Source: a virus
Taxonomy: Duplodnaviria; Caudoviricetes
Virus record (IMG/VR): IMGVR_UViG_2531839301_000007
Location: 1-64,000 of that record
Reading direction: 5' to 3' (one strand)
Length of the DNA stretch: 64,000 bases
The position numbers and the translations under genes are program-made. The notes beneath the pieces were generated by a model that had not been told where the DNA came from, ran no database searches, and was given only the letters and a program-made list of their open reading frames with translations. The stretch's first letter is position 1. Every line of letters starts with the position of its first letter. Shown in pieces: positions 40,063-50,270 of the stretch.

Positions 40063-40713
40063 ATGAAAACAAATCAAATAATGACACGTCCTATGGGCGA
40101 ATTTAAAGTAACCCAACGAACAAAAGACGGATTCTTTAATGCTACGGAGCTTTTGAAGCAATGGAACGAAAACTCTGGGATGAAAAAGGAAGTAACAAAA
40201 TTTTTTGAAGTCCAATCTACTGGGGAACTTGTAAAAGTGATAATGGAGCGAGAAAATCTAAATACGCAAGATTCTACGTATTTAAAAATGAGGGGTAAAA
40301 ATGGTGGTACATGGATGCACCCAATTCTCTTTATAGACTTCGCCATGTGGATAAATCCATCATTCAAGTATGATGTGATTAAATTTGTTTATGATGAGAT
40401 GATAAAGTTTCGCAATCTATCCGGTGATGCTTATCCCACAATGTGTAAGGCAGTCAAAACGATTCTCCCCGAAGGTATGTTCCGTGAAAAGATAAAAGAC
40501 CTTGCCCGTTCGCTGAATATTATCGTTTTTGGAAAACATGAATCAGAAATGAGGAATAAAATAGCTGACGAAGCCAAATTAAAAGAATTGTACGATCTTG
40601 AAATGAATATAGCCCAATGGATAAATATCGGCATTGTTAGCAACTATCTACAACTTAAAAAGGCTCTTACTACCTTGTATTATCAGAGATATCCAAATGT
40701 ACTGCCGCTTTGA
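40063..40713 (+). CDS. KilA-N domain protein
   Basis: QRTKDGFFNATELLK, GGTWMHPILFIDFAMWINPSF. Confidence 0.85.
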   Translation: MKTNQIMTRPMGEFKVTQRTKDGFFNATELLKQWNENSGMKKEVTKFFEVQSTGELVKVIMERENLNTQDSTYLKMRGKNGGTWMHPILFIDFAMWINPSFKYDVIKFVYDEMIKFRNLSGDAYPTMCKAVKTILPEGMFREKIKDLARSLNIIVFGKHESEMRNKIADEAKLKELYDLEMNIAQWINIGIVSNYLQLKKALTTLYYQRYPNVLPL

Positions 40714-40733
40714 TATGGTACTGGGATAAGAGA

Positions 40734-40755
40734 AAGCCGGGGTAGTTCCCGGCTT
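40734..40755. terminator. Hairpin between convergent genes
   Basis: AAGCCGGG-GTAGTT-CCCGGCTT. Confidence 0.65.
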
Positions 40756-40766
40756 ATGTAAGCAAG

Positions 40767-41372
40767 CTAAAAATTATCAAGCATAGGGTCTTTTACGGAT
40801 TTGAGTTTTTCTAATATTTCTTTTTTATATTCTCCTAATATGTTTCCAATTACATCTGTATCATATTCTTTATAAATACTATCGTTAAATTTGCTATTTG
40901 TAGGAGCTGGAATTTCAAAAGCAATTTTAATTATTCCTTTTTGAAATATTTTATCAATATCTTTTTGGGAAATGTCGGCAAATACCGATATTTTATAGTC
41001 ATAATTTATTCCTTTCCTCCCAATCCTATCAATATAATCATCATTTGACTTCAATGTTACAATTTCATTGTTTGATAATTTTAACAAAATTCGCTTATTT
41101 TTCATCATAATCAAATCATATTTTCCTTCTATATAAAAAACAACAGACCAAAAATATTTTTTATTTTCTTTTTTGTAATTCAATACCGTAAGTGATAATC
41201 CAGGAGAAAAAGAGTAGTAACAATTATCGTCTTTCATATACTGCATATTTTTTAAAGGCTCAAATTTACAAAGCACCCTATCCATTCCTACTATTTCATC
41301 ACTGACATTATGCTCTTGCGACATCGTTAGCTGAGAGGTTATTATAAAAAGAAAGAATAAAATTTTCTTCAT
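40767..41372 (-). CDS. Exported moron protein, very AT-rich
   Basis: MKKILFFLFIITSQLTMS signal peptide. Confidence 0.7.
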   Translation of the reverse strand: MKKILFFLFIITSQLTMSQEHNVSDEIVGMDRVLCKFEPLKNMQYMKDDNCYYSFSPGLSLTVLNYKKENKKYFWSVVFYIEGKYDLIMMKNKRILLKLSNNEIVTLKSNDDYIDRIGRKGINYDYKISVFADISQKDIDKIFQKGIIKIAFEIPAPTNSKFNDSIYKEYDTDVIGNILGEYKKEILEKLKSVKDPMLDNF

Positions 41373-41375
41373 AAT

Positions 41376-41543
41376 TTATAGTTTAACAATTTGAAAATAA
41401 ATCAATAGCAAATATATGAACCACCATAAATAAATTATCATTGCGTACCTAAGATTGATATAATATGCCACACAACCGACTGGAAGTGTAACAACAAACA
41501 CCCAAAAAAGGAATGATGATATTTTACGCTGGAATGAGGGCAT
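41376..41543 (-). CDS. Small two-TM membrane protein
   Basis: Hydrophobic; start at MPSFQRK. Confidence 0.55.
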   Translation of the reverse strand: MPSFQRKISSFLFWVFVVTLPVGCVAYYINLRYAMIIYLWWFIYLLLIYFQIVKL

Positions 41544-41544
41544 C

Positions 41545-41682
41545 TTATCTAAGTTCATGTTTAATTCCAAAGAAAAGTGCTAATGCACCACCCACTATCC
41601 ATACAATAGCATAAATCCATCCACCACATACGCAAAAGCATATTAGAAGAATAAATAATATCCAAAGAATAACTCCTATCAT
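41545..41682 (-). CDS. 45-aa hydrophobic membrane protein (not in the ORF track)
   Basis: MIGVILWILFILLICFCVCGGWIYAIVWIVGGALALFFGIKHELR; TATTTTTG promoter at 41708-41715 on the minus strand. Confidence 0.6.
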   Translation of the reverse strand: MIGVILWILFILLICFCVCGGWIYAIVWIVGGALALFFGIKHELR

Positions 41683-41903
41683 GTTCGTATCATTTGTTAT
41701 CTAAATGCAAAAATATTAATTATACAGTCAAGAATACAAGTTTCTCGATATGTTTGATTGCATGATTTCGTTGTTTAGAATATTTCTAAATAAATGGGCG
41801 TAAATATGTTGTGCAACTTAATTTGTTTTCATTCTTTCTCACTCTTGTCCATAATGTGCTAAAAACCAACATAATGCCATTTGTGAGTGATATTATATTG
41901 CCT

Positions 41904-42037
41904 TAGCTTTGCATCAGAAAACAACGTTGAATCTCATGTTTCGTGGTGGTTACATGGAGATAGATAACAATATATTTATGGGCATTTGGGCTTTGTCGTA
42001 AACCACCACAATATACGGCATTCCCATTTGCCCTTTC
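41904..42037 (+). promoter_or_regulatory. Promoter plus two-hairpin leader with complementary loops
   Basis: TAGCTTTG; loop GTGGTGGTT (41943-41951) complements loop AACCACCAC (42001-42009). Confidence 0.55.
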
Positions 42038-42051
42038 TCATTTTAATAATT

Positions 42052-42843
42052 ATGATTATGAATACGAATTTAGTTTTGTCCAAAGATAGTAGCGAGAGTG
42101 AAATCAAAGCATATTTCAATGCAGTTCTTGAACTGTCAAAGTCGGAAAATGAATTTCCAATCAATCTTGATGATGTATGGGCGATAGCCTATACAGAAAA
42201 AAGAAGTTGTGTACGTGAATTAAAGAATAATTTCATTGAAAGTGTTGATTATCAAGTTTTACGCAAAAGTGTGCAAAACTCAAAAGGCGGTCGTCCCACT
42301 GAAGATTACTATATTTCAGTTTCATGCCTTGAATATTTAATCGCTCGTAAAGTACGCATGGTATTTGAGGTGTATAGACAGGTATTTCATAAAGTAGCCA
42401 ATGGAGAAGTGAATGGTCTTGGATTGAGTAAAGATGATATAGCTTCATTGAAGATGCTTGCTGGAATGGTACGAATGATGAATATGCAGACTTTCGTAGC
42501 TCCTTCAAATCCTGAAACTGTTTCGCCGGAATACGTATCATATAAAAGAATGAACAGTAATCGTAATGCGGAGTTGGATGCAAGCGTTGAACACCTTATC
42601 GGAAATGAAGACTTGCAGCGTACTTATTATACTGTTTGTGCTTTTGCCCGGCACAACTTTATAGAGCTTGATAAGTATGAAGCTGCCCGTCTCGGTAATC
42701 TTTCCGCTAATCTTTGTCGTAGAAATGGATTTGCTATTGGAAAATGTGCAGATATTCGTTTTGATACTATAAATGTCTATCCCCGTGAGATATTGACTGC
42801 TGTTTTCCGGCAACGCTATCCTGAACGCCACATAAATTCATAA
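42052..42843 (+). CDS. AntA/AntB-type antirepressor protein
   Basis: EFPINLDDVW...FIESVDY...GGRPTEDYYISVSCLEYL. Confidence 0.78.
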   Translation: MIMNTNLVLSKDSSESEIKAYFNAVLELSKSENEFPINLDDVWAIAYTEKRSCVRELKNNFIESVDYQVLRKSVQNSKGGRPTEDYYISVSCLEYLIARKVRMVFEVYRQVFHKVANGEVNGLGLSKDDIASLKMLAGMVRMMNMQTFVAPSNPETVSPEYVSYKRMNSNRNAELDASVEHLIGNEDLQRTYYTVCAFARHNFIELDKYEAARLGNLSANLCRRNGFAIGKCADIRFDTINVYPREILTAVFRQRYPERHINS

Positions 42844-42881
42844 CAAAAAATAGAAAATACAACCATTAGTTCTTTGAAATA

Positions 42882-42908
42882 ATAGAAAATATATATAGTT
42901 TTGTAGCG
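42882..42908 (+). promoter_or_regulatory. Promoter for the distal tail operon
   Basis: ATAGAAAATATATA + TAGTTTTG + TAGCG. Confidence 0.7.
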
Positions 42909-42928
42909 TAATAAAAAGAATAAAAGCC

Positions 42929-42979
42929 AAAAGAGCTTGTTATTGGAGTTTAATAGCCCCAATAGCAAGCTCTTTTTTT
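42929..42979 (+). terminator. Terminator-like hairpin immediately after the promoter
   Basis: AAGAGCTTGTTATTGG...CCAATAGCAAGCTCTT followed by a U run. Confidence 0.7.
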
Positions 42980-43000
42980 ATTGTCATACAAAACGAGGTA

Positions 43001-43513
43001 ATGGTAGAGGCATATAGCATATTGTTTCAGAAGACTTCAGACGGTGCGAAGGTGAAAGACCTTCTTACTGAATGGAAGATGGTGTGTACCGATTTTCCAT
43101 TTGAATTGTATCCTGAAACGAAGGATTTGCCTAAACGTGATTGGGCTGACGAAGACGGAGAGGACACTTTTATTCCTGACGTATTACCGCTAAAGGCTTA
43201 TGATCTTGAAGCTGGGATATGTTATACAGGTGAAATGGCAACCGCCTATGATAATGTTGTTTCATTTTTAGGCTACCTGATTGGAGAAGATGGCAATGGT
43301 GCCACTTTGAAGGTGTATAATCCACATACCAATATCGGAAGACGGAATTTATACTTTCTTGGAGCAAGTGACTATGACTTCCATTCAACTAAAGATGGTG
43401 ATTCAGTCACATTTAAAGTGAAGTTCCGGGTAACTGATCCAAAGACGGAAATTGTGCCTTCGTACAGTATTGATATGACTACGATTTTAGCATTAGTAGC
43501 AAAGAAGGGATAG
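43001..43513 (+). CDS. Distal tail protein (Dit)-like
   Basis: First tail-tip gene; WADEDGED motif. Confidence 0.6.
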   Translation: MVEAYSILFQKTSDGAKVKDLLTEWKMVCTDFPFELYPETKDLPKRDWADEDGEDTFIPDVLPLKAYDLEAGICYTGEMATAYDNVVSFLGYLIGEDGNGATLKVYNPHTNIGRRNLYFLGASDYDFHSTKDGDSVTFKVKFRVTDPKTEIVPSYSIDMTTILALVAKKG

Positions 43514-43514
43514 T

Positions 43515-46352
43515 ATGTGGAAGGTATATGACAAAACAGGAACGAAGGTACGCTGTGAGGTACGAAAAGTACAATACAGTGGAACTTTCATGGGCGAATG
43601 TTTCGTAAATACTACCATAAACTCTGAACTACCGATTGATTTTGAAATCGGAGATTACTTCATTTACCGTAATGAACAGTTCACGATTAACTATGATCCA
43701 AGTGTTTTAAAGAAAGCCGGAGCAAGAAAAAATGGAGAGGCTTATGTTTACGATGGTGTGAAGTTCAATAGTTATTCGGATGAACTGACTCGATGTGATT
43801 TTCTTGACTATGTTCTTGCTGACAACTTCGTTCATTTTTCTTCTCTTCCTACTTTTAGCTTCTTTGCATCAAGCATACAGGATTTGGCTGACCGCATACA
43901 AGCTAACCTCGACCGTGTTTATACTGGCGACCAAAAATGGGCTGTTGAAGTTCACCCGGAATATGTCAATACAACCAATGTGAACATTGACGCAAGTAAG
44001 CTAAAGGTGTGGGCTGCGCTGGATTTCATTAAATCGAAATTCGATGCAAATTTCATTATTCGCGGACGCAAGATAATTATTGGTACTGCGGGAGTAGCTA
44101 TCGACAATGTTTTCCAATATGGGAAGGGAAAGGGATTATTTGAAATTCAGCGCGTGGCTGAAAGTAACCAGCAAATAATTACCCGTCTTCGTGTGTATGG
44201 TAGTACAAGAAATCTTCCGGTTAGATATTACAATAAGTTGTCGGACGCATCCCTTACCAATTATCTGCCTAATAACATGGCAGTACAAAATCTGATGTTG
44301 CCGGATTTTCCCAAGAGGACGTTGGATGCTTATATTGATAGCCCCAATATATCGGTGCTTGGAGTACGTGAGGATAGCGTGTATTTTGATGGAAGTGACG
44401 AATCATTGCCAGAGATTTACCCGTCAATGGAAGGCATGACTGCGGAGCAACTTATTGCTGCCGGAATATCATGCAGTATTGATACCGGGGACAACGGAAA
44501 CTTGGACGAGATTGTGACGGATGCTACCGAAAAAGATGGTAAAGCAATCAGTGATGATGGTATGTGGGACAAGTTGAAAGAGGGTGAGAATATTCCATCA
44601 TTTCTTTTGACTATTAAAGATGTTGGTTTTGATATAAATGACTATCTGACCGGAGAAACAGCCACCATTAGCATGGAAGATGGTATGTGTGGTGGACGAG
44701 AATTTGAGATTACAAAATGTGAGAAGAAGGGTAATAAATACATTCTCACTTGTAATCGTGTTTATGATGATGGGCTGAAACTCTATTTCCCATATAAAGA
44801 TTACAATATCAAAGCCGGAGACAAATTTGTCTTCTTGAATATTGATATGCCGGAAGTGTACATATCTGCTGCTGCTCAACGCCTTTTGAAAGCTGGCAAG
44901 GAGTATTTGGCAAAAAATGATTATGTGCGCTATACCTATGAAGTGAAGATTGACGAGATATACATGGCTCGGCACCCACAACTTTATAGCTTGCTGAAGG
45001 AAGGAGATTTGATGTTGTTCACTGAATCCGATTTCAAGATTGACGGAAGTATCATTATTGATTCTCTGCGAATTACTGAAGGAGAAGGTCTTGTCCCGAC
45101 TTACGAAGTGACATTGGCAAATGAGAAATCTGTTGGTACTCTTGAAAAGATTCAAAATGCAATAGACTCCATTGGAGGTGGGCAAGGTTCGGGCGGATAT
45201 AATGCACAACAGATAAACAGCTTAATTCGGACTTTTGGCAGTAAACTATTCCTTTCTAAGATTTCGGATGATATTGCGCAAGGAGTAATCCAGTTTCTCA
45301 AAGGGGCAGTCTTCGGAGAGTTTGCAGAAGGTATTTCCGGCTTTGGTGGGAAGATAGACCAATTCGGTTCCGCTTGGCTTGATTCATTATCTGTCCGCAA
45401 GTTCTTGGAAGTTCCTGAATTGAGATATAACCGGATAAGCATAGAAGTTGGTAATCGTTGGAACGCTCCGGGCGGGGGTGTCGTTGAGAGTGTGGTTCCT
45501 GATACTGATGTTGATGGAAACATTCTTAATACGGGAACAATAATATTACACTTGCAAGACAAAGAAATTGGCAAAGTTGCCGTGGATGATATTTGTCAGG
45601 GGATATTCCATGATGGAATGACGTTGGACAATAATTTTTCAGATGATTATGACGACGGAATAGGCAATTTTCAATTCTCCGGATTCTATACATGCTATTT
45701 TCGCATTACGGATATTTTAGAAGTTGGAAGAAACAGCAAGTTCCGATATATGCTTCGTGGCGTAAGTGATCGTTGGAGATTTCTTTTTCATCCGTGCGAG
45801 GCAATGCACTTTGTTGGATATGGAAACTTCACAGATAAATCACGGCAGACCTCTCGCTATTCTACTCGAACGTATGAACGCTATTTGCGGGGAGTTAATG
45901 ACTGGGAGTTTACTTCAGATAATATCGGGGCACAATTTGGTGATTTGAGTAACTTGTCTGTCTTCGGAATGAACATGGAAGGTTATTCTGCTTATTTGAA
46001 TAACATATACATGACCGGAGTTATTGAACAACTTGAAAACTACCCGGCACGTATTGAGATAGATACGCAAGGAGATAATTTTCTTGCTTTTGGTGAGACT
46101 ATGGACATTACTTGTAGGGTATTCAAAGGTTGGAGCGATATAACCGATACTGTAACAAAATGGAGAATAACCCGTGATAGTGGTGATACGGCAGATGATG
46201 AAGCGTGGGCAATCAAGAATAAAAACTTTGCCGGAAATATAACGCTTGCTTATGAAGACCTCGGAGATAACGCTATCACATCTGTAAGTACATTATTTAC
46301 CGTTACGGCAACAAATAAAACTGATACGGCGAAAGCTATTATAAGTATATAG
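43515..46352 (+). CDS. Tail tip / baseplate hub protein
   Basis: 945 aa; YGKGKGL...ITRLRVYG hub-like motif. Confidence 0.7.
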   Translation: MWKVYDKTGTKVRCEVRKVQYSGTFMGECFVNTTINSELPIDFEIGDYFIYRNEQFTINYDPSVLKKAGARKNGEAYVYDGVKFNSYSDELTRCDFLDYVLADNFVHFSSLPTFSFFASSIQDLADRIQANLDRVYTGDQKWAVEVHPEYVNTTNVNIDASKLKVWAALDFIKSKFDANFIIRGRKIIIGTAGVAIDNVFQYGKGKGLFEIQRVAESNQQIITRLRVYGSTRNLPVRYYNKLSDASLTNYLPNNMAVQNLMLPDFPKRTLDAYIDSPNISVLGVREDSVYFDGSDESLPEIYPSMEGMTAEQLIAAGISCSIDTGDNGNLDEIVTDATEKDGKAISDDGMWDKLKEGENIPSFLLTIKDVGFDINDYLTGETATISMEDGMCGGREFEITKCEKKGNKYILTCNRVYDDGLKLYFPYKDYNIKAGDKFVFLNIDMPEVYISAAAQRLLKAGKEYLAKNDYVRYTYEVKIDEIYMARHPQLYSLLKEGDLMLFTESDFKIDGSIIIDSLRITEGEGLVPTYEVTLANEKSVGTLEKIQNAIDSIGGGQGSGGYNAQQINSLIRTFGSKLFLSKISDDIAQGVIQFLKGAVFGEFAEGISGFGGKIDQFGSAWLDSLSVRKFLEVPELRYNRISIEVGNRWNAPGGGVVESVVPDTDVDGNILNTGTIILHLQDKEIGKVAVDDICQGIFHDGMTLDNNFSDDYDDGIGNFQFSGFYTCYFRITDILEVGRNSKFRYMLRGVSDRWRFLFHPCEAMHFVGYGNFTDKSRQTSRYSTRTYERYLRGVNDWEFTSDNIGAQFGDLSNLSVFGMNMEGYSAYLNNIYMTGVIEQLENYPARIEIDTQGDNFLAFGETMDITCRVFKGWSDITDTVTKWRITRDSGDTADDEAWAIKNKNFAGNITLAYEDLGDNAITSVSTLFTVTATNKTDTAKAIISI

Positions 46353-46355
46353 AGT

Positions 46356-47558
46356 ATGGAAAGTGTAAAGAAAAGAATTAGAAAAGATTTTCAACCATTG
46401 ACTATTGCGGTCAGCTTGAAAATTATGACTCCGAATAGCCCGACTTCGCAAGTATATAATAGCGAGAATGGCGAATATGAGCCTGACCGTGGCGTTACTC
46501 CGCTTGTGATTCTGCCGGAAGTTATTGCGAACTGTACGGATGGTAGCTGGAATACTCCTTATGCGAATGAGTTACTTTCCGAAATGAAGTGGTATATCAA
46601 CGGAAAAGAGGCTTCAACCGTAGCTTCTTGGAATGGAAAGTATTCTATTGATACTGTTGGTTCGACTCGCGGTGCAATTACGATCAACCGCAATGTTTCT
46701 CCGGGAGAAAGTTTTGAGCTTCATTTTGAAGGTGTAGTTGCTGATACCCGATTGGGTGCAAATATCCCAGTGAAGACAGATACTATAACTCTTTCTACCG
46801 TAGATAAAAGTGAAGATGAATACAGCTTATCAATCGGAGACGACCAAATCATCCGGTACAATCCATTTGAGGATGCTTTGCTACTGTATGATTATAAAGT
46901 TGCTAATGGTTTGACTACGGCTTCAACATCTGCACGCAATGCTGCGCTGAATGAAAACGCATACGAACGCTCTATTTCTGTATCCGTGCATAAAGGGGAC
47001 ACACTTTTAGCTGCTGGTTATACATTGAATTTATACAGCATTGGTAGTGGCGGTGTCTTGACACAACTTACAACTGCCAAACATGAGATAATCGCTTTGA
47101 CCTTAACGAAGATCACTATGGATTTGCGGCTAATAGAAAAAGGTGATTTTCTCTTGGTTGTCAATGTTGGTGGAAAAGAAAAAGCAAGAAAACAGTTTTC
47201 TATAAACCGGGTATATCCCAAATTTGATATAGAACCAGTAAGCGGAGTTTCCATTAATCCGGGTGAGACTACTCACTATAATAAAGTAATGGTGCATTAC
47301 AATGGAAATATAGTTCCGGTTCCCGCTCCAATTTTAAAGATGGTATGGTTTACTGATACAGAGAATTTAACCGGAGTACAACATAATGAGGGAACTGAAA
47401 CGGTGATAACATTATCTCGTACAGGAATTGGAAATACATATCTTGATGATTGGCTTGATATATACGTGGAAGCGGAACAGAAACCGATATTTAAAGTTAT
47501 GACTGATGCTTCGGGCACAGAATATACGGACAAAAGTGGAAATGTTTACATAAACTGA
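46356..47558 (+). CDS. Minor tail protein
   Basis: Beta-rich, 400 aa, in the tail operon. Confidence 0.6.
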   Translation: MESVKKRIRKDFQPLTIAVSLKIMTPNSPTSQVYNSENGEYEPDRGVTPLVILPEVIANCTDGSWNTPYANELLSEMKWYINGKEASTVASWNGKYSIDTVGSTRGAITINRNVSPGESFELHFEGVVADTRLGANIPVKTDTITLSTVDKSEDEYSLSIGDDQIIRYNPFEDALLLYDYKVANGLTTASTSARNAALNENAYERSISVSVHKGDTLLAAGYTLNLYSIGSGGVLTQLTTAKHEIIALTLTKITMDLRLIEKGDFLLVVNVGGKEKARKQFSINRVYPKFDIEPVSGVSINPGETTHYNKVMVHYNGNIVPVPAPILKMVWFTDTENLTGVQHNEGTETVITLSRTGIGNTYLDDWLDIYVEAEQKPIFKVMTDASGTEYTDKSGNVYIN

Positions 47559-47563
47559 TAATT

Positions 47564-47791
47564 ATGAGATATGTAGTAGCAAAAACCAAAACAGTCACTA
47601 ATGCTGGAATCAGTGATAGCGGACATAGAACAAAGAAAGGATTTATCATTATCAATGAAAAAGAGGTGATGAATAGTGATTTCCTCGAAGGTGATTTTGA
47701 AGCTCGTGTTCAAATACTTGGAGGTACAACATATACAAACGTGGAAATAAATAACATTATAAACGAAGGAGGATGGAATTATGGCTTATGA
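47564..47791 (+). CDS. Small tail-associated protein
   Basis: 75 aa, overlaps the next gene. Confidence 0.55.
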   Translation: MRYVVAKTKTVTNAGISDSGHRTKKGFIIINEKEVMNSDFLEGDFEARVQILGGTTYTNVEINNIINEGGWNYGL

Positions 47792-48803
47792 TTACAGTGC
47801 CCAAAATAGTATTACCATCAAGCGATTACGAGCGAATGATAGCTTGACACTTAGTTTTGATAATAACGGAATACCTCTGTTTCAGGGCGTAGATTCTGAA
47901 AGTGGAGTCGTATCGCCGGATTGGACGAAAGCAGCAAACCAACCGATAAGAACTCCGAAGGTTATTTCATCGCATGGGCTGGCAGTCGCATTGTCAAACC
48001 ATACTTGGACATACAATGGCGTGGCATTAAAATTTAGTGGTGCGGAAAGTAGCGGATGGAAGGCTGATAGCACCGGAAAGTTTCAAATGAACACTACTAC
48101 CGGAGCTATTAAGATTATTGCCAATTTAGCAAGTAAGACCAATATTGCCGGGGATACTCTTATTTATTCGTGTGTGGCTACGGTTGCCGGAGTAGAGTAT
48201 AACTTGACAAAGGATTTGCCTATCGTAATTCAAAACATAGGTGCAAGTTCATATTATCTTGCTATTCTCGCTACAACTGAACAGCTAACGAGTAAGGTTA
48301 CTTCAACTTCATTGCAGACAAAATTATATCTTGGAGCAAATGAGGCATCGGATTACTATGTGAAATGGTATAAAGACACGGCGGCATGGGCAGATAAAAA
48401 CGGTCAAAAAACTATTACTGTCGGAAGAGGTGATGTTGATGGTACTCAACTGTTCATTGCTGAAGTGTACAAGTCTTCCAGTGACTCACAGCCTTTGGCA
48501 CGTTCGGGTATCCGTATTATTGATACTGCGGATGAATTTCAGGTTGTGTGCTACATTTCTTCAGCCAATAAAGAGGTGGATACAGGTAGCCCGGTAACTG
48601 TTAGTGCAAAAATTGTCAATATGACTACCGGAGCGACATATTCCCCTTCGTCTGCCGCATGGACAATGAATATAATGGATAAGGAAAACTGGAAGAGTCT
48701 GAAATCTTCATCTACGAACAGCATATCAGTAACAACAACTGAAACAGATCGTAACGGGAATCTGTATGACGTAGATGTAGTTGCAGAATGTAACTTCAAT
48801 TAA
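47781..48803 (+). CDS. Minor tail protein (Ig-like, Thr/Ser-rich)
   Basis: 340 aa, beta-rich. Confidence 0.6.
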   Translation: MAYDYSAQNSITIKRLRANDSLTLSFDNNGIPLFQGVDSESGVVSPDWTKAANQPIRTPKVISSHGLAVALSNHTWTYNGVALKFSGAESSGWKADSTGKFQMNTTTGAIKIIANLASKTNIAGDTLIYSCVATVAGVEYNLTKDLPIVIQNIGASSYYLAILATTEQLTSKVTSTSLQTKLYLGANEASDYYVKWYKDTAAWADKNGQKTITVGRGDVDGTQLFIAEVYKSSSDSQPLARSGIRIIDTADEFQVVCYISSANKEVDTGSPVTVSAKIVNMTTGATYSPSSAAWTMNIMDKENWKSLKSSSTNSISVTTTETDRNGNLYDVDVVAECNFN

Positions 48804-48824
48804 TAATTAATCAAATACAAAATT

Positions 48825-50144
48825 ATGGCATCAAAAACTTTAGGAAGTGAAACCATAGTACAATCTATGCTAAGAAGCAATAGTGTACTCGTTGAGATTG
48901 ACGGAAACGTTCGCCGTATTTCATTGGAGAATCTGATGAACGCAATTAATACAGGTAATGAACAACTTCTGCGACAAGTCGCATGGGGTATCCCTTTAAA
49001 GCATAAAGTTCAGAGTAGTACTGCTTATGGAGTTGTAGGAAATACGGCTGCATGGGCTGAATACAAACGAATGAGTGGACGTTATCTCGTTAATAATGCG
49101 GGGAAAGCCTCAAAACTATCTCCGACTAATTCAGGAGTGTTTGCTGACGGTACTGCTCTTGACGAATCCAAAGGACATGTAATGTTCATTTCTCCGCGTT
49201 TATACTTTTTAGTTAAGACTGATAGTGTAAGCGGAATACCTTATTTATGGTTAAGCATGTATCCAATCGGTGGACATTATATTGGTGGAGCCAATGGTGG
49301 TGAATACAACTGTATTGGTGCGTATAAAGGTTCTATGTCAGGCAGTGCGCTTGTTTCCCGTTCCGGGGTATCTCCGGCAGGAAGTAAGACTATCAATGCC
49401 TTTTGGAGTGCAGCACAAGTGAATGGTAAAGACTGGGGACTGACTGACTACGATCAGCGTAAACTTATTATGATGCTTGGATTATCTGAATATGGAGATA
49501 CCAATATTCAAGCAAAACTGGGGTACGGTGTTAGTGGTAGCTCAAACTTGGATTTATGGGGGGCTGCGGCATCATTGAAAACCGGAGCTACCAAAAGTCT
49601 TGGTGATAACTGGGGAAAGATTGGCATTTCATTAGTGAATGGAAGCATTACGGGTGTGAATTGTTCACGTGTAAACATGATGGGTATTGAAGACCCTTAT
49701 GGATGGCAATGGGAAGATATACAAGGGGTATATTGTGGAAACTCTGCAAATGATACACAAGACGGAACCGAAATCTTTATCTATAAAGGCAACCGACTTC
49801 CAACTACTGCTGAAGTATCTACTCACCCTAACGGGGAATACCGACAAGCAACCCGTTTAACAACAAGTGGGTATGTACAGGAAATTATGGCTGGGGATAA
49901 CTTCGATATTTTCCCGGCAAAGATTGGCGGAGGAAGTACTTCATATTGGGCTGATTATTCATGGGCTAACAACACTGGGCAGCTTGTCTTTTGGGGCGGT
50001 AATGCGTCTTTCGGTGCGTACTGCGGCTTGGCGTATGCGTACTCGAATTACGCTTGGTCGCTCTCGTATGCGGATGTCGGCTCTCGCCTTGCTTATTATG
50101 GGAATTTAACATTTGTTACGGGTGCTGAATTGATGGCATCTTAA
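48825..50144 (+). CDS. DGR target protein; receptor-binding protein with C-terminal C-type lectin-like fold
   Basis: GIEDPYGWQWE, C-terminal WGGNA...VGSRL; contains the VR. Confidence 0.9.
   Translation: MASKTLGSETIVQSMLRSNSVLVEIDGNVRRISLENLMNAINTGNEQLLRQVAWGIPLKHKVQSSTAYGVVGNTAAWAEYKRMSGRYLVNNAGKASKLSPTNSGVFADGTALDESKGHVMFISPRLYFLVKTDSVSGIPYLWLSMYPIGGHYIGGANGGEYNCIGAYKGSMSGSALVSRSGVSPAGSKTINAFWSAAQVNGKDWGLTDYDQRKLIMMLGLSEYGDTNIQAKLGYGVSGSSNLDLWGAAASLKTGATKSLGDNWGKIGISLVNGSITGVNCSRVNMMGIEDPYGWQWEDIQGVYCGNSANDTQDGTEIFIYKGNRLPTTAEVSTHPNGEYRQATRLTTSGYVQEIMAGDNFDIFPAKIGGGSTSYWADYSWANNTGQLVFWGGNASFGAYCGLAYAYSNYAWSLSYADVGSRLAYYGNLTFVTGAELMAS
49981..50097 (+). repeat. DGR variable repeat (VR) with IMH
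   Basis: 117-nt match to TR; 13 mismatches, all opposite TR adenines. Confidence 0.97.
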
Positions 50145-50189
50145 CGAATTAATGAAACTTAGTTCTTTGAAATACAAATAGTTACAAAA

Positions 50190-50247
50190 TCCGTTCACAG
50201 CGTCACGTTCTCGAATTACGAATAGCGTGACGCACCCGACAGGGGTG
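50190..50247 (+). other. Hairpins 5' of TR
   Basis: GCGTCACG...CGTGACGC and CACCC-GACAG-GGGTG stems. Confidence 0.5.
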
Positions 50248-50270
50248 GACGGTTGGCGGAAGGGAACAAG

